The notes beneath the pieces were generated by a model. That model saw only the letters and a program-made list of their open reading frames with translations, was not told where the DNA came from and did no database searches. From the NCBI GenBank assembly GCA_002633005.1, contig NMRA01000010.1:1109252-1173251 (forward strand): 64,000 nucleotides of DNA, given 5' to 3'. Shown piece after piece: positions 35,695 through 50,687 of the stretch (within the stretch, counting starts at the first letter, position 1; each line of letters begins with the position of its first letter). Made by a program: the position numbers and the translations under genes. This DNA comes from Phoronis australis (lineage: Eukaryota > Animalia > Phoronida).

Positions 35695-38600
35695 AATACA
35701 TCACAACTGGTTCATATTTACCTTTAGCGGACTGACATGTGTTTTGGTACCACTTATCATAACACTCATCTCTGTTACCTAATCCACAAACAAAAGAAGC
35801 TGGCCATAAATGTCCATTTGCTATGGGAAGCGCCAATTGTAATCCCAACCAGAAACGAGCATTCGTAAGCTGTGTTCAGAACAACCAAACCTGATTATAA
35901 CATTTTCTGTAACAACTGTCAGGTAATGGTAACTGTTCACACCAACAGTTAAAATTTTTGTAACTCTAGTTCCTGGTTACAGTAGCTGGTCTTCAGTGCT
36001 AATACTGTTTTACGATTCACTGCAGTTAGTGCCTCAGTGCATCATGGTTTCCAATGGGATTTGGCAGCAGCGCCACCTTCTGAGTAATAACATTTGTAAC
36101 CGCTGTGTTCACACTGAGTTACAATAGTGACAACCTCTCGCTAAGCCATGTTAGCGTAAGGTTATAATGCACTACAAATGCAACTTTTAGACATGGTTTT
36201 AAAGTATTCAGACTGAGACCTATATAACCTTTAAATTGGTTTAAAAAGTTAACCAATTTGGTACGAACAGAGTACCGGTTAAGTCACAAAACTAATGTTT
36301 GATTTTGACCACATATCATGAAATTTGTCTGAAATTGTTCCTTAGTCAAACTACAGCTGTTTTCAGGGCTTGGAAAGGGCAGTTCTTTGTTGATTGAGTC
36401 CAGACTAGCTTCTCATGGTTGGCCATATTATGTGCCAAGCAAGGTCTAGAGGCAAAAACGAATTCAGTTTTCTTTGCCTAGAAACCCCTTTTCATCTGAG
36501 CTGACAACCAAGTTGAAACATTAGCCTTATAGGAACAAAGGAATTAAATCAAAGGTTACGGTAACTCTCCACTTATTTTGCACAAAATTAATTTAACAAA
36601 ATTTTCCACAAAGTTGGGTTGTACCAAATACATGGAATAACTATACAGATTTTGTTGTTGACAAGTATGCGACTTTGTCAGAGTAACCAAGCATCGCCAG
36701 CGACCCAGGTATGAATTCAACGAAATGCCAATGAAATGCAATTAATAGTAATTTTGGTTACTGTTAATTGTATCACGTTGGCTGCAAAGTAACTTAAAAG
36801 TTACTTTATGCTGTTCCAGTGTACTTTACCCCATAACTGTTGAAACACTTATCACACGTATCACCCTTAGTGACAAGGCACTCATCCAAGTCACCCCTAT
36901 TAACTGGTGACCACAACAGCATGAGTTGCCCCATATGGATAATTTAAGCAATGATACAAAGTTCAGACCTTATCAACACAGTTCAAGAGGTGAGATTTAC
37001 CAGAATTAATGACAGGTCTTTCCATTGATATTTTCTTGAGTTCAAAACTGCCTGTTTGCTAATAAGGTAAGCCAAGAAATTCGCACCAAGTATCTTCGTG
37101 TAACTGACAAAATATTATGATTACAAATAACTTTGGGTGTGCGAAATGAGGCAAGTGTGCTAAATAGGAGGAGAGTTGCCGTAGTTTTTGAATGTGGGTC
37201 AATATCCACTTTAAGATAAAATACACATCAAATAGAACTCACTTTTACGTAATGAACGGAATGATAATTCTATGAAAAGGTGCAAAAACAATAAAAAAGT
37301 AGACAAAAATAATGGATGTCAAGTGACAAAACAACTCCGACAATGACTTGATTAATTAAACAATGAAGGTTAAAATGGCGTAGGGAACATCTCAGGTGAT
37401 TGAACCAAACCTGAGAACATTACAACCCACAAATGCAGTGTATGTAATAGAGAATGGGATAACTAATGCTTGGCAAATAAGAGGCCACTTCTGAAGTAAA
37501 AAAAGAATAGAAATGTGTACATGAGAAAACAAGGGGTGCTACATCGGATTCTTTAATAACACACACAAACACACGCACACGAAGCCACACTAGCACAAAC
37601 ACATGACTGATTCCACAGTGTGCGTCAAAATCCTCAGTTAGTCAATTACTGATGAAAGAATGACGTTTCATTTCTAAAACTGCTATGCCAAAACAGTTGA
37701 TTTCATTACCACATTTGATTCATGCTTTCTGGGGGAGGGGTAAACCACAGATTTTTAGAAATTTTGCTTACTAGAAGGAAAGACATCTCTACGACAACTG
37801 CCCAAATGAAGCATAATTTTCATTACAACAAAAAAAATCAAATTCAATACAAAAAGATAAGCCGCTTCCTTTTCTAAAATTCCACCACAGTGACTAAAAT
37901 GGAAACATTTCAGTATTAAGCAGTTCTTAGAATGAAATAACAACAAAAAAGTAAAAATAACCATTTTGTCCCGATTCCTTTAAACACTGTTTTACGTGTC
38001 CATAAAGCATCAGGTTAGTGCAGGGAAATAACACAAAGATCCATTTTTACACGGCCAATTGGAAGTCCAATACCAAAGAGCCACATTTCACCGCACGTGT
38101 TGTCCCAGCAACCCGACACACCACAAACTTGTTAAGACCAAAGAAAATTAAAGCAACGCTCGACACGTCCCAGGTACTATCATGTTTTCAGACACACACA
38201 AACATACACAAGAAAAAGGATTTCTTATTGTGTGTGCAAGACAAAACAGTAATTAAAAGCAAAAGACAGGAGGTTAAGATGAAATAAGCAGACAAGCCAC
38301 CGCAAAAAAATCTACTTACTCTCTGTAAGGGAATATAAAAGAAAAACATCAATATGAGCTGTATTAGGATAAGTAGGCAGAAATGCTCTACACAACTGTA
38401 GCCCACTTACGGCTTCTCAATGCACAACACATTACTATGTTGATCGCAACATACTCCTTCAGGCAGAATGTTACTAGTCAAGCAATCAAAAGGGAAGCTT
38501 GAAAAAACCATTTTTACACAAAAATCTCAACTTGGTCTCATTTCATCTCGTCTGAACTAAGAAACTGAAGTAATGTAACTTGGGAAGTACTCCGACGGAA

Positions 38601-39235
38601 TAAAACGAACAGACAAAACAAAAAAAAACGACTGTGATTAAGCAATTGCACAAAAACACAACTGTCACTTACCAGCACAGCATCCATACACAAACACTGC
38701 AAATTATATTCAACCATGTCACGTGTGACTAGATTTCCTTTTACTTTCAACAGGACTTACTTTAGTAAAAATATATACAAACTGTACTCACGGCAAAAAA
38801 TCAAAGAAACCACTTGGAACCTTTTGATATCGATCTGTCATCTCGTTCACTCTGAGGATGTCCACAAGGTGTCATTGGGACCAGGGTTGGAGCGTCTGCT
38901 CATTAGAATATGGTTATAGATTCTGGAAAGGTGGTACCTCCCACTGCCTCTATTCAAGCTGGGAGTGAAGGAATCTAATCATATCGCAATGCACAGTTCC
39001 AGCTTGAATAAAGATGATGGGAGGAACAACTTCTCAGAATCTGCAACCACATTCTGTAAGAACAGACACTTCAACTCTGGTCCCACGAGACAGCTTGAGG
39101 ACATTCTCAGGGTGAACAAGATGGCGAATCGCTATTGAAAGGCTTTCAGCGATTGCTTTAAATTTTTGCTGTGAGTACGATTTTTATACATATACTGTCT
39201 CAAACACAGACGGTTGGCTTTCATCAAGGACTTAC

Positions 39236-39386
39236 TTTGTTTGAAACCAAGGCACGGGATTCGTCCAATGGGCGTATTGCGTTCTTTCATGAACTTATGT
39301 AAGGCTTGGAAAAACTCTTTCTCATTTGAACTTGCATCTTCCTGGTGTTTCATCTTATCTCTGAACCGAATTCCCTTCTGGCGAGA
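39236..39386 (-). CDS. ARID5B: ARID domain N-terminal exon
   Basis: SRQKGIRFRDKMKHQEDASSNEKEFFQALHKFMKERNTPIGRIPCLGFKQ; ARID5 motif MKERxTPIxRIPxLGFKQ. Confidence 0.95.
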
Positions 39387-39957
39387 CTAAAACATTTAAA
39401 GCATAACAGCATTTAAAACCATCAAATGAAAAATGGTCAAAGTCTCATCAAATATCAAAGTCTCACCAACTCAAAACGCAATGTGTCAGAGAAACAAAAT
39501 TTTATTTTTCATTATTTTCAAAGATTACAGATAAAACAATTTCAGTACACATCACTGCGTCTGACAGGACAATGTTTTGAAACAGCAGGCACACACAAGA
39601 ATGTCAGTAGCTTTTGAAAAACGAAAAAATGGCATTTAAATGTCATTTTCACTTTTCAAAATTTTAACTTTGAAACACCCAAGTACAGCCTCAGTTTATA
39701 CAGCCATTTCCTTAAGGTAACGATGTTTCATGAACACTCGTATTCGCATAATTTCAGCTCCTGAATTTGCATAACAGTTTTGACTAGCAAACAGCAGTCT
39801 AAATTCTTGTAATCTGGCACACTGATGACCTAAGTCAGCATTTACACACATAGAGTCCGACATAAATGTACCGTCCTCAGCAATAACGGAAATAAGTTGC
39901 GCGGGCTAGCACCATTTCTTTTTATAAATTTGTGCTTAGCTCAATGCCTATTCCCAG

Positions 39958-40229
39958 GGGTGTGTTTCGTGAAAAGTTACCTGAAGACTTAAGACTTACA
40001 GTCCCACTTCATAATTGCCAAATAAATGTTTAGACATGTAATTTTTGGATCATCACATCCTGGAAATGATTTGAACAATTTTTTCAATAGTTAACAATGG
40101 TGGGTATATTCCCAGATAGTTTATTTTCTTGCTAAATTCAATTTAAAATATTTTTCAGAAAAAGTTATGAGGATCGCAAGACCAAGTTTCTGTCTAAAGT
40201 CTTAAAGTCACTTTAAATGAAACATGTCC
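39958..40229. mobile_element. PIF/Harbinger-like MITE, CAG TSD
   Basis: CAG|GGGTGTGTTTCGTGAAAAGTTACCTGAAGACTTAAGAC ... GTCTAAAGTCTTAAAGTCACTTTAAATGAAACATGTCC|CAG. Confidence 0.65.
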
Positions 40230-41894
40230 CAGATACGTGAGTTTCTAAATGCCACGAACGATAACTTGGGGATGAAGACGAAATAAACATTACCCCAGAT
40301 AAAAACTGAGTTTTCCACAAAGAAGCAGCCTTCAATAGGACCACTTGCAGAGGATTAGTGCATGGCAGTCACACTGATAATTTTATGCATTGTTTGACCT
40401 AATTGTTTGTTACTGAATAATTTTTTCCATTCAAGTGATACTCAGGTCACTGTAGTGATCATTCTTGACTGTGACTTGGTGAATACAAGCGAGATTTGTC
40501 AAAATGAGCAAGTGCGCTGGCATGACTAATTTAATTACAGCACATGCATTCACATCAGGATCTGCATGACTAGGGACATTCATGTCCAAGGGCATATAGG
40601 GAAACTCAAGGGTCAACGTGTGCTATGGTATCCCAAAACATTTTGATATTGTGTTTGTTTGTAGTCGAAGGGAAACATTGGTGTAAATCACAAAAATATA
40701 TGGTAGCACCTTATTTACGAAGTGTATATCATAAAACAGAACATTTGGATGGTGTGGAAGGACAAAAAGCAGGACAAAAGCGAAACAGTTGACATGATTA
40801 TGCAATTTTTGTAATTTGTAAGGATAATACCCTTCTATGTTATATTACGATTCTGTGCATCAAACCCCACCTAGATGAGACTGTGTGAGCACATAACGTT
40901 GATATGTACCACTTTTTTAGCTGTTTTTAACCCAAGAATCCAGATGGTTACCAAGCAACGCTGTGAAGGTGCCCGCTTTGTTATCTCCCATGTCACACTG
41001 TGTGTGATGCAATATGAAATAGTGCTTTGCGGAATGTTTATTCAGCTATTTTAAACTTTGTTGAAAACACAACTAAACTTTTCGTTTGAAAGTTTGGTAC
41101 CGAGTCGTTTGTAGTTTCGAAGCAATCTCCTTTCTTTATGTGTGCAGCTCCTCTTTTAAGAGTACAAACATACAGTTTTCTATATATTTTGGTGACAGCA
41201 GTGTTCAGAAATTTATTTCTAAGTTAAAAAAACTGTGGTTAATTATTCGCGTCTGAGCAGTAAATGTCCATCTGATTCTAAGATTTGTTATCTCGCACGC
41301 TGATCAATCAAGGAATCAATATGTATAGTAAACTACCTTGGCACGTACAGAAAAGTGAAAAGTGCGATGCAAAGTCAGCCAGCTAAACGTGTCTTCACTG
41401 AATGACAATTGAAATGTAAAATAGGTTTCTTTATAAACAGACAAGGGGTAATGTACTTAAAGTGGTAATTCCACAGTATTTGTCCCGTCCATTACAGACA
41501 AAACTTATGCAGAATTCATTTCCACAAAACTCTACTGAGAAAGAGTCTGGGTCATAACTTCACCATAAGTCGATAAATAAAAATTGCAGAGTACATTAGA
41601 TTAACTAATTAAGTAGATACTCCATTACTCAATAATTTTTCTTGTAACGGAGGGGATAAATTCCGTGGAATATGCTCAGATGTGAATGTCTTCCAACAAT
41701 CATGTCTAGCCTCAGTTTGGACACGGACATTATAGTGGCAGAAAATGTTCACATACAGGTAGGTACACAATCTTCTGTTTGCCTATATGAAACATTCATC
41801 CACCAAGGCGGAATAGTGACTTAACACTTGAAATAGTTTCTATCATCTGACAACATAGTGAAGACCATGATTTTTAAAGCACAACACAACTCAC

Positions 41895-42040
41895 CCCACC
41901 AACCTTTCCTTCTGACTTGATCTTCGTATGAGTCGGCCAAACTTTGGGAATGTCTGTTATCGACCCATTACTGGAGTCACCCTCACTGTAACTGTCTTTA
42001 CGCACCTTTTTCTTTCGCGGTCGCCCTTTCAGATTGGGTG
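41895..42040 (-). CDS. ARID5B: ARID5-like exon with AT-hook/NLS
   Basis: APNLKGRPRKKKVRKDSYSEGDSS...; APNLKGRPRKKK is as in vertebrate ARID5B; phase 1-0. Confidence 0.92.
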
Positions 42041-42105
42041 CTAAAAAATTTCGAAATTGTCCAGAAAACTTACATGAGATATCGGAAATGAAAAGGATTT
42101 CTTAC

Positions 42106-42130
42106 CATCTTTACACGATCCTGTTTGCAT
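42106..42130 (-). CDS. ARID5B: Candidate alternative first coding exon (BAH-less short isoform)
   Basis: ATG CAA ACA GGA TCG TGT AAA GAT G|GTAAGA; phase 1; a 65-nt intron to the APNLK exon; in-frame TGA two codons upstream of the ATG. Confidence 0.45.
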
Positions 42131-43103
42131 AGTTCAACCACAAGCGAAGTTGATCATATGGAAGAGCCGGGCAGAGGCAAAGCAAAACGCCCTGAATGTT
42201 GTCTAGTAAATGCAAGCAAGAACAGTTTGACATTGGTACATAAAGCAGCTATAAACCTGTCTTGTGTCCAAAATAATTTCCAACTAAGATCCCTTACAGA
42301 AATTGGCTTGTCTAAAACTAAAGATGATATCTTGGCTTGGAATGAAACGACAGTTTGCATTGCTAAGAAGTCAGCTGATCACGCCAGGTCAATTTATACA
42401 CAGGTCTAGTCACCAGTAATAATGTACTGCCAGCATCAAGCCCAGAAACCATTTCTCATTGAAGTAAGCAAAAAATTGAGACCATTTTTAGCGGCAAGAC
42501 AGGTTGGTATATGGTCTGAATCAAAATTTTTTTTGACTTAAGAAGGGTTTATAGCAATCGTTACTTTTGGGATTAAAATGCCAAACTACTCAGAGATCTG
42601 CACTACACAGTAACTATATGCCTAAACAACCATAACCCAATAAAAGATAGTTAACGCCGGACAGATGTGATTAAGGTTGCCACAATTAAATAACCGATTG
42701 GTTAAATAACCGATCCGTTGCCAGTGATGGAAATAGGGTCCACGGGAACAATACATTTGAAGAACCTTGCAAAAAATTATTCAAGAAAAAATTAGATGGT
42801 TTTAGCAAAGATATTTTCTTGTTCTCATCAGTAACGATGGCACCTTACACCAAACAAACAGATGCAGTGTAAAAATTCCTCAATTTTCAAAGGTTAACTA
42901 CATTAATGCAAATGCTGAACATTTTACCCAAGTTTGGCTAAAGCTGCACCATACAAATCGTGCTATAAACCAAGTCAAAACTCTTAATGTTGTCGAAAAA
43001 ATTGGCATAATGAAACCCTCTTTGTGTTTTTGTATTGAAGAATTGATATGCTTACATTTTCCTCATTTCTATACAAAAAAAAAAACAGCGCAGAAATTCT
43101 CAC

Positions 43104-43319
43104 CCAGATGATCGCAACGAAATTCGTGTTCTTCCAGCTCTTCACATTCAAAAGTATCACGGCAAAACACAATCCTTGTGTTTGGTGACTTCACGGTGAA
43201 CCCTCCCATGGCTTCCACAAATGCATTCTTCAGCCACTTGTCGGTGAGTCCTTCCACCCGCCGCAAGATTCCTCTCAAGCGACAGTACTGTGGATAGCTG
43301 ACGACCAGTACACTTGTAG
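43104..43319 (-). CDS. ARID5B: ARID5-like exon 4 (BAH region)
   Basis: ATSVLVVSYPQYCRLRGILRRVEGLTDKWLKNAFVEAMGGFTVKSPNTRIVFCRDTFECEELEEHEFRCDHL; SYPQYCR and CRDTF motifs of ARID5B. Confidence 0.94.
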
Positions 43320-44793
43320 CTGAAGTCACATATTGAAGACATATGGTAAAATCTCACCAATTTCGAAGAAAAAATAATTGTCAAAAATGCTTTTTTCTTT
43401 TTCAAGGGCATCCAACATTGTTGCGAATACCTACATTTTTCAAAATGTCTCACAGTAGCTATGGTACAAACATGAACACGGAACATGAACATACTATGGT
43501 ACAAAACATGAACCTGGCAAAGCATTTAATTTAGTGCTACACACCTTTCAAGGAAAATAATAAAATGAAATTTCACTTGTCGACCCTACTGTGTGAGTTT
43601 TGGTGAGATTGTAACTTATATAATTACTGCACACCGGAAATACATTCATAACAAAAGACTACCAATAGGGGGCATACCTAGCGTCTCACTACAGTGCTGT
43701 AAAAGAATGGGGAGAATCACAGTGCTTGAAGAACTCCTACACATGATAGATAAATGTATAAACTTTATTTAGTCAGTTTTTTTAAACTTTATTCATGCCC
43801 ACATTTAGCACAGTGTCAAAATCTTTTCAGGCACAATAGAGAATATTAAATAACAGTAACTTCAAATGTTTAATGCCAATATCAATATAGAACAAAATTA
43901 TTCATTTTTAGAGATTATTGTGCATTGAAGTTTGGTAAAATACAATATAATACACTGTGCACATAAAGTATTATACAGGACAAACCCCTACTCGTGCTTA
44001 TTGTAATTTACTTTTTCTTTTCGTGTGCTGAAATGCTAAGAGTTATTACTTTGCTGCCTTTTCCACCAACAAACACAGAGCCTGAGTCATGTGTTGAGTT
44101 ACAGCCACCAGAGGGCTACAACTGTGTTGTATCCCATTGCATCCCTGCACTGAACAACTTCCTAACGATGTACTAACACAGCTGTCGTTAAACAAAATAC
44201 CCACATTCACATGCTTCTATTTAATGAATATTGCCTGGAAATTGTTTTTATTAAAACAATTCTTTACTATTAATTCATACATAAGTCTTTTAAGTTACAC
44301 AACCTCTTTATAGCGAATTCTTAATGTAATGAATTACTAATATGATAGAACTTAGGAGATGTATGAAAAGGATATGCTGGTCATCTGATTTCAGCAGAAG
44401 ATTGGCCATTGTTCACTCCAGAAACCATACTTGACTCAGGCTCGAAATTTAGCCAATCACACCGCCTGATTTAAGCACAAATTTCTATTTTTGTAGCAAG
44501 CCATACAATTGGTCAATTTTTAGCAGAGTTTCGAATACAGACTAGATCCCAGGAACTGAAGAGGTCTTTATATCATGATGAGCAAGCCTGCTAACAATGT
44601 GAATAGCATGCCTCATGTAATTTGCAAATGCTTTCTCAGTAAGCATTTATTGAATTGTGAACACTGAATTGGGTGTAACATTAGAAATACCATATTTGCC
44701 TCAGCCTGTTTGAAAAACATGTCATAAAATTGCACGTCCATTCACACATTCATAATATGGTAGAGTCCTACAGTGATCAAATATCCAGGTTAC

Positions 44794-44959
44794 CTTGATC
44801 TTTTCCACTCAGGTCTATATTTTCACTTTTTCCCCTCTTGTTATCTGAATCATACACAGCCTCTGTACCAGTGTTCCAGTGATAGTAGCAAGGCACAATC
44901 CACTTCCTCAGGTCGTCCAGTTTAAGGACAACTTTTTCTGATACAGCAATTACCTCGTC
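44794..44959 (-). CDS. ARID5B: ARID5-like exon 3 (BAH region)
   Basis: DEVIAVSEKVVLKLDDLRKWIVP...; DEVIAVSEKV matches ARID5B. Confidence 0.94.
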
Positions 44960-47900
44960 CTAAAAGAAAATGAAAGCTTAAGCAAAAAAACCCACTTTTT
45001 AAGAATCACAAGATAAAACGATGTACATCTGAGATTCTCTCAAGCGATGCCAAAGCCTAAATTCAACTTTCCACTTTTGCGAAGGTAGAATATATTACAT
45101 ATTGGATGACTGATCTAGTTTTCCAGAAGCTAGATCATATACTTTAGAGTTGTGCCAGACAAAGTAAAGACCAATTTATTGTGCCCCACATTGTCTCGAT
45201 TTACGACAACACTGTTACTCACAAAAACCTTCACTGGTATAAAAACGACTTATTTTAATGTAAAATCATAGCAAGGGCAACGACAGAGATACTAGAACAC
45301 GTGCCCCATATTGAGTAAAATTGTCACACTGGGTAAATGCCACAAAACAAAGTAGCGCCATGGTATCTTATATGGGGTTGTGTCAAGCATGAAATNATCA
45401 AATCTTTCTTGGGTTTTCCCAAATGTTACGTATATTGATATCACTATCCTATCATACGTGTAACATTTCAGATTTTCAATAACAATACTTGGCTCACCTG
45501 TACGTTCAGGCAAAGAAAAATCAATCATTTTTAAACCCCTCCCCACGGTACTCCCCTCTAGGAAAAATGGGAGCCTTACCTGAAATTAATTTTTGCTAAA
45601 CGTGACCCTATTGGTGATACATTCAAATATTTGGTAATTCTTCTAATTTATAATTTCATATATGCTATTTAATCTCATTGTTCTTAATTTTGATAAATTG
45701 ATCACATGTCCATTATTTTTCCAATAGTAAATACACGTCAGTTACAACTTTTAACAGTTTATAGTTATTCACATCTTCAAATAATTTGCACAGCACTTGC
45801 CTGTGGAATCAATAATTTGTAAAACTTTGTATTCTATTTCCACCTCTTAATATTCCAATAATGACAGTCACTTCCAATCCAGCAAACAAACATGCAAAAT
45901 GCCTCTCATAATCTCAAGTAAGTTTACTCCGTCACCACCACAAGAGACCATAATGTCAACTGAAGCCCCCAAAGCACACATTAAGAGTTTTTGTTTCCAC
46001 AAAAAACGTGAAGTCAAAAGAACTCTGCATCCACTGGTCAAGAACAGTAACACCATGCCAATATTACTGCTCACTAATGTAGACAGCTACTCAACGAAAG
46101 GCTAAATATTCATCCTACATTCTACGTTTTTGTATCCAATATTAATTAAAGAATATACAAAATACTAGAATCTCACAATATATTAAATACTTTTTGGCAT
46201 CAGAATGTATATAGTACCTGAAGAGTTTCATGTTTTTAAAGACAATCTAACAAATGAACATACACATCACCCAACATCTCATACATATTAATTAACGACA
46301 TCACAAATATATTCCTTGAGCAACACAGACAATTGTGGCAGAATTTAAAATGAGGATTAATACTAATTCATCATTATTTGACAGCAAGCTGAATATAAAT
46401 CTGGAGAAAAACACCACTTATGTTTGATGCGAGTTGTGCGTTAAAGGTTTTAACATGTCACCACTTCAGGAATAAAAAATAATTTGGTGAAAACACTCGG
46501 GTTTAAACAATCACGAAATCAATCAAAAATCGTCAAATATATGTCTTCAACCTCAGCTGGAATAGAAGGAACTGTAACGCGGAAACAGTAAGTTTAGATG
46601 TAACGCAGTAGTTAAAAGAAGATCCAAACATACTTAATGACCAATAAAGTATTTTACACTGATCACATTTGTAGCTAAATTTTGAGGTGCACAACATTTT
46701 ATTATCCATGGCTCAAACTTTAGAATTCTTTTACCTATATTAAGATAAGCATTAGGAATCAACACTTATCCAACAAGATCTATTACTTGGTCCACCAACA
46801 CTTGACTTAACTCTGGGGCAGTGTTGGTCTACATGGGAAACTTGCCAGCCCGTAATCATCACCAAGTGAATACCAGAGTGATCAACAAATTCAGACTTAC
46901 ATGTCAATAACTTATACTTTTCATTTTTGCAATTAAGTTAAACCCAATCTTATTACCAGTGTAATTTACTTAGTCACATGTTAAAATCCAATGACAGACA
47001 CAAGACAAGGTCACAAATTTATTACGTCAGGTGACCTGTAATCTGCACATTTCTGACAAAAAATGAAAGGGAGTTAATCGCAGTCTTGGCCAAGTATTTA
47101 CATCCAATCTATTTTGATGCACAGGTACCTGTTTCATTACAGACTTTATTTCATCAATCAAAAATCAAATCGGTTGAGCAACTCCATTGTGGGGCCATCG
47201 CCCGTGCACCTACGACACCCACAGGCAATGTATTGACTAGATCAGTCAGATGGTATGACACATGACACTCGATTCACACATTCTCTGAGCTAAGGTTCAA
47301 TAGAATTTCATTTCAAGATAAATATTGAAATGTTTGAATTGTTCAATGTTTTGATTCAAGAATTTGACCAGTAAAAGGACTTGTCCTTCACCCTTACTAG
47401 TAGCTTGACATGTAAATGCATAATTAATTGAACCCTCATGATTCTAGTGAAGAATCAATATTATATTACAATAAAGGGTGATACAAAACAACTTTACATT
47501 AAGGCAAATGAGATAGCAGGCATCAAAGGAAATAATGCACTTTTGACATTTCCAGCTATCTGAGAATCCTGTACAACTAAATTCTTGTTACACAGTTCAT
47601 ATCAGCAATGTTTCAATAAAATGAACATATCGCTAGACACTCCGCACAAGGGATATGTCCATCAATTGAGCAATTTTGTTTTAGTTTTTCACTTTATAAA
47701 AGAATAACAACCTCAAGAGGTAGGCTGCCGTCAGTGTTTCAAGTGATGCACATTGCTAGCACCACCATATTTTATCCAAGTTGGAAGTTAGGGTAACCAC
47801 TAATGCACTGTTCCTTTGGCACATACAGTAGTTGACAAAATTTCTTCTCCTTGAAGACCGTTGAAATTTTGAAACAATAATTTAACATGAATTTTCAAAT

Positions 47901-48396
47901 GAATTAGCGTTATTTTTCATGTTTTTAAAAAAATTCACATTAAGTTGATGAAATTGCAATATACATGATTGTTGGCTATCATCTCAATTATTGGAGGTGT
48001 TTATGCTGCCTCAATTATAATTAGAGAAAATCCTTATTGTTGGTGCACCCAGTACCAAGAACAAGATAGGGTGTTAATATATCTTACACATGCCAAAATA
48101 ACACATTAACCTAGCAATGTTGATCCAGTGCTGGGTGTGAAAGTACAATTAAGCCAACATAACATGGCAAAAACAATAGTAACATTCTCCATGTATCTAG
48201 GGCAACTACTTTTTACAATTACAAACAATGGTATGAACATTACAGGAATCAATTAAAATAAATTCACATGTAAATCCAATTAGACACCAAAGTGTAATGA
48301 AATTATTTCTTTCCCATGTTCAATAATGATTTGGATATATATTATAGTACAAGAGAGTGAAAAGCATTTTGAAGTTAACAAACTAGTGGCAGTAAC

Positions 48397-48607
48397 AGAG
48401 GGAGTATGATTGTAGCGAATCTGAGGTGCTTAGCGCTAAATGGAGGGAAAATCGGAAGGGGGTTTCCCGCCTCCCGCGTAAGATTTTTTTGATTTTCAGT
48501 AGCTGGTTTCATTTTTCTGGCGACATTTTTTAAATTTTTATTTTTGATCCTGTCTCGAAAGGTTTGAACCTCTGAACCCCCCCCCACCCCCCGTAGATCC
48601 GCCTCTG
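48397..48607. mobile_element. Partial hAT-like MITE
   Basis: Ends CCCCCCGTAGATCCGCCTCTG, the reverse-complement style of the CAGGGGCAGATCTAGG end at 60665. The left end is unclear. Confidence 0.45.
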
Positions 48608-50524
48608 CAAACAGTTGATACCAAACATCAAATGTAAACGTTGGTTCTCATCAATTTTGTAAATGATATCAGAAAAGAATTTTTAGACATGCTACAATTG
48701 TTCATAACCAAGAGAAGATTCCACAGACCTAATTTGTTTAGCAACAACCCAGATCTCGCAAGATCTCGCAAAATCACTCATGTGCAAAGAGAGTGTGTAC
48801 GAGTCTGCTCATGAGTTTATTACAGTAATCTTTCCTAGCAAAACGGTGGTAACTTAAGTGATCGTACAGTGACGCAAACACAGTCAATTACAGAACAGAA
48901 TGCAAGAGTTACGTGGTTGAATTCCCCGTTTCTGTTCCATAAGAGAAGATATCTTGTTGCAAGAGCAGCCTTATGTCTCATGATCTATGGAACTGGACAC
49001 TGAATCAAACAGCTAAGTCAAGTGCAGTCCATTTTTATGGGTCTTTTCTTAAAAACATTTTGATCACATGAAAGTTTGCTTTTGGCAATATATTTCTCTG
49101 CTGAATCCCATATATCTACAAGAAAAATTTGAGTCCATGCCCATTCTAAAAATTGAAGAGGGCCACCACAGCTACTGTCCCAGTACAGCTACTCAAAAAC
49201 AAAACTGACAGGAATACATTTGAGACCTTGTTAGGGAAGTTAGGTACACTGTTCAACAGAACATAATCAGCAGATCCCTATTGATTCCTAATGAAGTTTG
49301 TTACCCATATGACAAGACAATGCAATATTGATTGGCAGGGAATAAGGACAATTATTCCAATAATGTAGTCAACTGCCTGGAACAAATGATTTGAATGACG
49401 TTTGGTGCAAAATTTTTGTATTACCTGGACATAATGAGAATTTATCAGTGAACAGACTGACGATGCACATTTATTTTAGACAAAATCTTAGGTCTCATCT
49501 ACAACCAATGCAATGGTAAAAATACTTACCGTACATACACTTCAGTGTAATACCACTTGCTACCTAACGTGAATACAATGTGTATGATTCTTTTAAGTTA
49601 TAATAGACAAAATGGTTCTTGACTGACACTTACTAGTACTGACATCTTAAAGAAAAACAATAGTCTGAGGTTTATTTGGATGCTGCAGCCTAGATTCCAT
49701 TAGTTTTCAGACTTCGCTTACAAGTGCAAGGCACCTGTGACCAGTTGCATGAAACGTCCCAACTGAAGACTCAGTTAAATCCCTTGAATCATCTGCACTC
49801 AAATGCTACGTTTTTCAATCACTTCGACTTTGTTATGAGCTCCACTTTGACTAATGACATTTTCAAAAAATACATTTCAGTGAGAAGATATAAAAGACTA
49901 AGTCCCTATATTACAGTAATTACACGAAAATGTCCTTGTTAACTTCCATTCATATTGAGAATCTAACATGTCTAATTTACTCTTGGTATCAAAGCTAAAA
50001 TAGCCTTACTAATGAAGATGAAACAGCTTCAGAAAGGACACATCAGTATATGCACAAGTACACAACTCTATTGAAAAGTTAATATTTAATGAAAAAAATA
50101 GGTCTCTATTAGGGACTGTTTCATGCAATGGCCAGTGAGTTCCACTTTGTAGTTACTAACTCCAGGGTACTTTCTCAAAATCAAACCACTGGTCACCTTC
50201 TGTCCATTGCCTATCAAAATTGGTTTCTCAAAATTTGAGAGCACCTCTTTCGTTTGTTCCGTTTTTGACTTTCCGCCATGCAAACCTACATTGAAGAAAC
50301 GCATTTTTTGTTTCCCATGTCGCATTTTTCATTGTGACAATACCCTTATTGTTGCTATTCACGACTGAATTGTATTTCAAATCATGCACTCGTTTGTACT
50401 AGTTACGTTCAATGTACAATGTATTCATGAAATCTAGAATTTATCTTTTCTTAGTTACATTCCTAATTTCCAGATTCTACATTTTAGTTGTTAGGTAAAA
50501 TATACCTTTCAAAAGAACTAAAAC

Positions 50525-50687
50525 TACCGTGAACTTGTGGGTTAACGCCCTGGGCGCTTAAATTGGGAAACCCTGAGACATGGGGTGGGTGATTACCCAA
50601 GCAATGGGTGCTTAAATCAAAAAAATTGGCAAAAAGTCGAGGGGGGGATTACCCAAGCAGTGGACATTAACCCGCGAGTTTACGATA
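50525..50687. mobile_element. Short Tc1/mariner-like MITE, TA TSD
   Basis: TACCGTGAACTTGTGGGTTAACGCCC ... GGACATTAACCCGCGAGTTTACGATA. Confidence 0.7.

Noticed and set aside
37640-37705. CTGATGA followed by a hairpin, resembling a hammerhead ribozyme
   Set aside because: The GAAA box is missing (TAAA) and stems I/III with a cleavage triplet cannot be formed.
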